A stretch of 64,000 bases of DNA from an uncultured Bacteroidaceae bacterium (lineage in GTDB: Bacteria > Bacteroidota > Bacteroidia > Bacteroidales > Bacteroidaceae), in contig CAJOJA010000004.1 of assembly GCA_905234735.1 (NCBI GenBank), forward strand, positions 105,022-169,021. The letters are read 5' to 3'. The number at the start of each line of letters is the position of its first letter. Position 1 is the first letter of the stretch. Positions 59,997 through 64,000 of the stretch are shown one piece after another. Under the pieces are notes generated by a model. The model worked only from the letters and a program-made list of their open reading frames with translations. It did no database searches and was not told the DNA's origin. Made by a program: the position numbers and the translations under genes.

Positions 59997-62303
59997 TTAT
60001 ACTATGTATCCTCTAATCTTTTCTCTCCATGAATAATTGTCCATGATGGTCTTGTGTCCTTCTTCGGAGAGGCGTTGGCGCAGGTCGGGGTTTTGCATGA
60101 TTCGCAGACATGCTTCTGCGATGGTTGCGGCCTCGTCGCGGATGAGAGCGTTTTGTTCATCCACCAATTCGGGAATTCCTTGAGCAATCAGACTTGTCAG
60201 GACTACGGGTAAGCCAAAGCCCATAGCTACCAGAACCTTGTTTTGTATGCCAGCGGCAATGCGTACCGGGGCAACCGTGAGGCATGAGTCTGAAATGGTG
60301 GCTCCCAAATCGTCTACGAACCCTGTGACAATAATATTGTTGCAGGCCATTTGCTGTATGGCTTTGGGAGGTTGTGCACCCACAAGGTAAAGTATAGCCT
60401 CTGGCTCTTTTCTTAGTATGCGTGGGAATATTTCGTTCACGAAATAAAAAACAGCATCTTGGTTTTGCAGGGTACGCATGTTGCCGATGAAACATATCTT
60501 CTTGTTGTCGTATGGGGTGGAGATGTGTTTCAGACATTCAACGCCGTTGGCGTGTAATTCTAACGAAAGATGATGTCGTGTTATTGTCTTGAGGTAATCA
60601 ATGTCTGCCTGAGAGACAAGAATGCACTTAGGGAATCTTTCTATGACATGGCACTCGTATTTCTTGATGAGGTGATGTTCGAATGCATATACAGTTCGCA
60701 TAAACCTTCCACCTTTGGCCCCAGAGGACATAGAATAAGTCTTGGAAAGAGCATCCGTCATCTCTATGACAGACTGCTCTTCTAACGAGAGTTCTTCCAG
60801 ATAGGGCGTCATGCGTAACAGATGTGAAATATAGAGGTCCGGCTTTTCTGAGGCAATAACTTTCTGCAGCAATTTCTTAAAAGCACTGGAGTAGTAATAA
60901 CCACATTGCATGGGACGTCCGCTCAACATGAATAACATAGAATGCAGCAGAGACTTAACTTTGCTCCGGGGGATAGTATATATCTTATGATAAATGCGTT
61001 GGGCTTCGTACATCTGTGGACTCTCGTCGTCATGGAAGCTCACGAGAACTAATTTGTAGCCCTGTTTGCGTAGTTGTCGTGCGATGTTGTTTATTCTGAG
61101 CACGTCGCCACCATTTTCGGGTAAAGGGAAACGTGGAGCAAGAATACATATCTTTTTGGCATTGTCTACATGTTGTCTGTATTTGTCCTGAATGTCCGAT
61201 GAGACGAGTAGTTCTTTCTCATGTATTCGTATCAAACGGGTGATATTTAATTGCCAGATGGTAAATAATAAGACATCAGCCAATACAATCCACGACAATT
61301 TTAATCCGATATAGAACAGTGTGAAGTTCAAGACGATGAAAACCACGTCCATGCAAAGAATCGTGATAAGCGTTAGGGCGGAAGTGCGGCCGCTCTTCAG
61401 TAATTTATGGTGGACGTGTGTCTTGTCAGCTTCAAACATGTCACCGCCTCTCAGTTTGCGTGCAATGGCCACACGTATAAGGTCGAAGGCTGGAATGATG
61501 AGCACGGTGTATGCCGCCAGTATGCCGTCGGGGCGCGGTGCCATGACATAGGGGTTGTCCATGGAGTATTTGATGCCCAAATAACAGAGGGAAAATCCAA
61601 GGAAGAGAGAGCCGCTGTCGCCCATGAACGTTTTCTTTTTCTTCTTCTCACTGCCGAAGATGTTGTAATACATGAAGACAAGCAGTGCCCCCATCAGACT
61701 ACAGGCGAAAATGCAGTAGACAAAATGTCCTTCTTGGTAAAAGAGGGTGGAAAATACAGCCAGCGCAATGAAACTGATTCCGGAAGCTAAACCGTCAATG
61801 CCGTCAATTAGGTTTATGGAGTTTATTATCAGTAAGGTGACAAAGATGGTGATGGCATACCCTATCCATAATGGGAGTTCATATATGCCAAGGAAACCGT
61901 ATAGGTTGTTAAAATAAAGTCCGCTTACCGGAAAGGCTAAGGATGCAAGCGTTTGTATGGCAAACTTAAGGTTGGCGGAAAGACCGAACAAGTCATCTAA
62001 AAGTCCTATGAAATAAATTAAAGCAACCCCTATACTGATGAGCAGTGTGGAGGTGTGAATGTTTTCAACGAGTCCCCCTTGTTCCAGCATTAAGGCAAAT
62101 GTGATGGTGGTTCCCATTAGTGTGGCTGGCACAAAAGCAATACCGCCCATGCGGGGAATACTGTTCTTATGTGTCTTTCGCTCATCGGGCTGATCGTATA
62201 GCTTGTTCTTATGGCATAGATATATCAGCCATGGGATTATTATCATAGCCGTGACTGCCGAAATAAGCATTGCAAATAGTAGATATGCGTAGGGGGCCAC
62301 CAT
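59997..62303 (-). CDS. fusion protein: polyprenyl-phosphate HexNAc-1-P transferase (WecA/MraY family) N-terminal half plus a GT4 glycosyltransferase C-terminal half
   Basis: aa 1-355: DQPDERKTHKNSIPRMGG, NLIDGIDGLASG, FMGDSGSLFLG. aa 384-768: KICILAPRFPLPENGGDVLR...VAPVRIAAGIQNKVLVAMGFGLPVV. Confidence 0.75.
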   Translation of the reverse strand: MVAPYAYLLFAMLISAVTAMIIIPWLIYLCHKNKLYDQPDERKTHKNSIPRMGGIAFVPATLMGTTITFALMLEQGGLVENIHTSTLLISIGVALIYFIGLLDDLFGLSANLKFAIQTLASLAFPVSGLYFNNLYGFLGIYELPLWIGYAITIFVTLLIINSINLIDGIDGLASGISFIALAVFSTLFYQEGHFVYCIFACSLMGALLVFMYYNIFGSEKKKKKTFMGDSGSLFLGFSLCYLGIKYSMDNPYVMAPRPDGILAAYTVLIIPAFDLIRVAIARKLRGGDMFEADKTHVHHKLLKSGRTSALTLITILCMDVVFIVLNFTLFYIGLKLSWIVLADVLLFTIWQLNITRLIRIHEKELLVSSDIQDKYRQHVDNAKKICILAPRFPLPENGGDVLRINNIARQLRKQGYKLVLVSFHDDESPQMYEAQRIYHKIYTIPRSKVKSLLHSMLFMLSGRPMQCGYYYSSAFKKLLQKVIASEKPDLYISHLLRMTPYLEELSLEEQSVIEMTDALSKTYSMSSGAKGGRFMRTVYAFEHHLIKKYECHVIERFPKCILVSQADIDYLKTITRHHLSLELHANGVECLKHISTPYDNKKICFIGNMRTLQNQDAVFYFVNEIFPRILRKEPEAILYLVGAQPPKAIQQMACNNIIVTGFVDDLGATISDSCLTVAPVRIAAGIQNKVLVAMGFGLPVVLTSLIAQGIPELVDEQNALIRDEAATIAEACLRIMQNPDLRQRLSEEGHKTIMDNYSWREKIRGYIV

Positions 62304-62394
62304 AGTTATTTCGTTATATCTTTATTTTATTAACGAATTTTCACAGATTTTATTGCTGTAAGAACAGGGTTTCTCTGAAATAATTCAATGGAGG

Positions 62395-62820
62395 CTAATA
62401 TTTGCGGAAAGATAGAGTCCACTGTTCGCAACTTAGTACCATGCGATTCCTGTTTAGTGCATCTATGCGAAGACGACCATCGGACGGGATTCCGTAAAAC
62501 TTTAAATCAGTAACTGGAGAGACTTTATCGGATGGCCACGATACCGTTTTGCCAATGAACAGACTATCCTCTGTGTGTGTAAAATAGGATAGGTAATGCT
62601 GTTCTCGGCTACCGCGTTGGAACTTTATAAGATTCAGCTGTACGCAATAATAGATGCTGTCGTCGTTGGTTTTGACAACCTGGTTGGTAGCCTTTTCTCG
62701 CCATTCGGTCAGTTGCCACATACCGTCCAAATCGCCATTTTTGTCCCATTTACTGTCGCAGGCCGTGAACAGGGTCAGGCAGAGGGTACAAAGCAGTGTG
62801 TATGATAGTATATTCTTCAT
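62395..62820 (-). CDS. lipocalin-like domain lipoprotein
   Basis: Lipobox LTLFTAC, then DLDGMWQLTEW. Confidence 0.55.
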   Translation of the reverse strand: MKNILSYTLLCTLCLTLFTACDSKWDKNGDLDGMWQLTEWREKATNQVVKTNDDSIYYCVQLNLIKFQRGSREQHYLSYFTHTEDSLFIGKTVSWPSDKVSPVTDLKFYGIPSDGRLRIDALNRNRMVLSCEQWTLSFRKY

Positions 62821-62851
62821 TATCTCATTATCTCAATTTCTCATTTTCTCC
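62815..62851. repeat. F1 micro-repeat between the lipocalin-like start and the barrel-gene stop
   Basis: cttcattatctcattatctcaatttctcattttctcc, nearly the same string as at 28141. Confidence 0.8.
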
Positions 62852-64000
62852 CAATCTGTCCCGAGTAGGACACCGTCAGCATAGCTCCGCTGGACTTACC
62901 CAGGAGCTCGCCAAAGTTCTGTCCGTATGCGGCACTGATGCCCAGTCCCTTTATCAGGCTGAAACGATAGCTGGCTTCCACTAGTAGAAAATCGCCTTTC
63001 AAGGGATTGGTGTGTGGGATATCGTATGTGCCCCAGCTCTTTTCGTGCGAATAGAGTACGCGATAGCCAAGATTCCCAATAGGTTCTCCGGAAATACCAA
63101 TGTGATGGGCCTTTACGCGATTGTTGCGGAACTCAATCTTCCCGTTTGTGTTGTACAGGGGGGAGAGCAATAGGGCATTGCCTTGTGAGAATCCGGCATG
63201 TTGCCAGGCTCCGTAAATCTGGTGGTTGTAATACTTGTCCACGCCAAAGATCTCATCTGGCATGTTTGCCGTGCCGTCATGGTATATCGGACCGCTTTGG
63301 TCGGTGGTGCGCAGGTGCTCATAGACAATGGTTGAGACAAACGGATTCTTCGGTAGGCGAACCTCTGCCCCATAGAGCATATCCTTCCAGGGATATTGCC
63401 AGAACATTTGGCTATGATCCTCGAAGAAGTGTTCAGCGTAGGCTCCTATTTGCCATCCCTTACCATGATAGTCAAGCCGCAGATGCCAGGAGCCCAGTTG
63501 ATTGCCCTCGGCATTAGCGTAGTCGCCGTCATTTACGTCATTGCCTCCTGGAATGAAGGCATGCCAGAAGGCTTTAAATCCACTTGGCAGTTTCTGGTGC
63601 GGGTCGAACGTGGCAAAGTTGGGGTCGTCGGCTCGGTCTCTCAGGTTCCATCCTTCGCCACCAAACTGGGCGCACATTTCCAAACCGCCTGTCAGGGTGA
63701 GGGGGAATTTCTCGGCATTGCCAATACGCAGGAAAGCGGCCTTGGAGTGGTAGAAAGAATTGGCCGTGTATGTATTGGGGGTTCCTGCTGTGAAGTTACG
63801 TTGCCAACGATTGTCGGTAAGCATTCCGTAGGCTATGTGGGCCTTCAAGGCCAGCCATTTTCTGGTGCCGGGTATGGCCCAGAAGTCGGGCAGTTCCAGC
63901 CGTACTTGGGGGACGGGGCGTGCATTGATACTTGTCGTCATACCCCCCATCGACAGTTGCTGGCTCTTGAGTTCCACCGGACGTTCCTTCTGGCCTATAC
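62841..64000 (-). CDS. outer-membrane beta-barrel protein, possibly capsule-assembly Wzi family; 5' end outside window
   Basis: Frame is open to the window edge. Alternating beta-strand pattern. C-terminal ...MLTVSYSGQIGRK. Confidence 0.4.
   Translation of the reverse strand, partial: IGQKERPVELKSQQLSMGGMTTSINARPVPQVRLELPDFWAIPGTRKWLALKAHIAYGMLTDNRWQRNFTAGTPNTYTANSFYHSKAAFLRIGNAEKFPLTLTGGLEMCAQFGGEGWNLRDRADDPNFATFDPHQKLPSGFKAFWHAFIPGGNDVNDGDYANAEGNQLGSWHLRLDYHGKGWQIGAYAEHFFEDHSQMFWQYPWKDMLYGAEVRLPKNPFVSTIVYEHLRTTDQSGPIYHDGTANMPDEIFGVDKYYNHQIYGAWQHAGFSQGNALLLSPLYNTNGKIEFRNNRVKAHHIGISGEPIGNLGYRVLYSHEKSWGTYDIPHTNPLKGDFLLVEASYRFSLIKGLGISAAYGQNFGELLGKSSGAMLTVSYSGQIGRK

Noticed and set aside
51810-62830. 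The AT-rich block as a prophage, ICE or genomic island carrying cargo.
   Set aside because: The gene content is purely glycan biosynthesis. No integrase, transposase, att-like repeats or phage genes are present. It is better explained as a capsule cassette.

Overview
This is a chromosomal window from a Bacteroidota genome, and it looks Prevotellaceae-like. That assignment is an inference from four things: the GENNYALAA tmRNA tag, a PorQ/T9SS gene in cmk-ispH synteny, recurrent TAnnTTTG -7 promoter boxes, and AT-rich leaders without Shine-Dalgarno sequences. I can support about 58 protein-coding genes, 2 tRNAs (Ser-GGA, Thr-GGT) and a tmRNA. Most of the window is GC-rich housekeeping DNA: pepD tail, alpha-2-macroglobulin, meaB, ispH, cmk, tonB, exbB/exbD, folA-thyA, rsmF-like, fucO-like, truA, fba, hpt, adk, obg and a purH-like gene. 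Three regions look accessory. (i) 25.0-29.6 kb is a GH31/MFS alpha-glucoside module. (ii) 31.5-40.8 kb holds a TonB-dependent-type barrel and two OB-fold-like surface lipoproteins, flanked by an EEP-type and a NucA-type nuclease. I propose this as a candidate extracellular nucleic-acid capture/import locus, and it is the most interesting system here. (iii) 48.6-62.8 kb is a capsule/EPS locus whose inner ~11 kb is markedly AT-richer than its flanks and ends in a WecA-GT4 fusion gene. The other notable points are listed here. Short 8-bp-periodic AT-rich micro-repeats sit at many gene boundaries, are inserted in frame in several genes (GH31, RsmF-like, A2M), and encode two signal-peptide cores. 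A hicB-hicA pair has a toxin gene carrying two in-frame stops. The second exbD is frameshifted. A lipoprotein gene carries a 3 x 363-bp near-identical coding tandem repeat. Phased 21-bp repeats lie upstream of the capsule locus. I saw no CRISPR array, rRNA, transposase, integrase or phage gene. All family calls come from reading the translations by eye. No database search was run.
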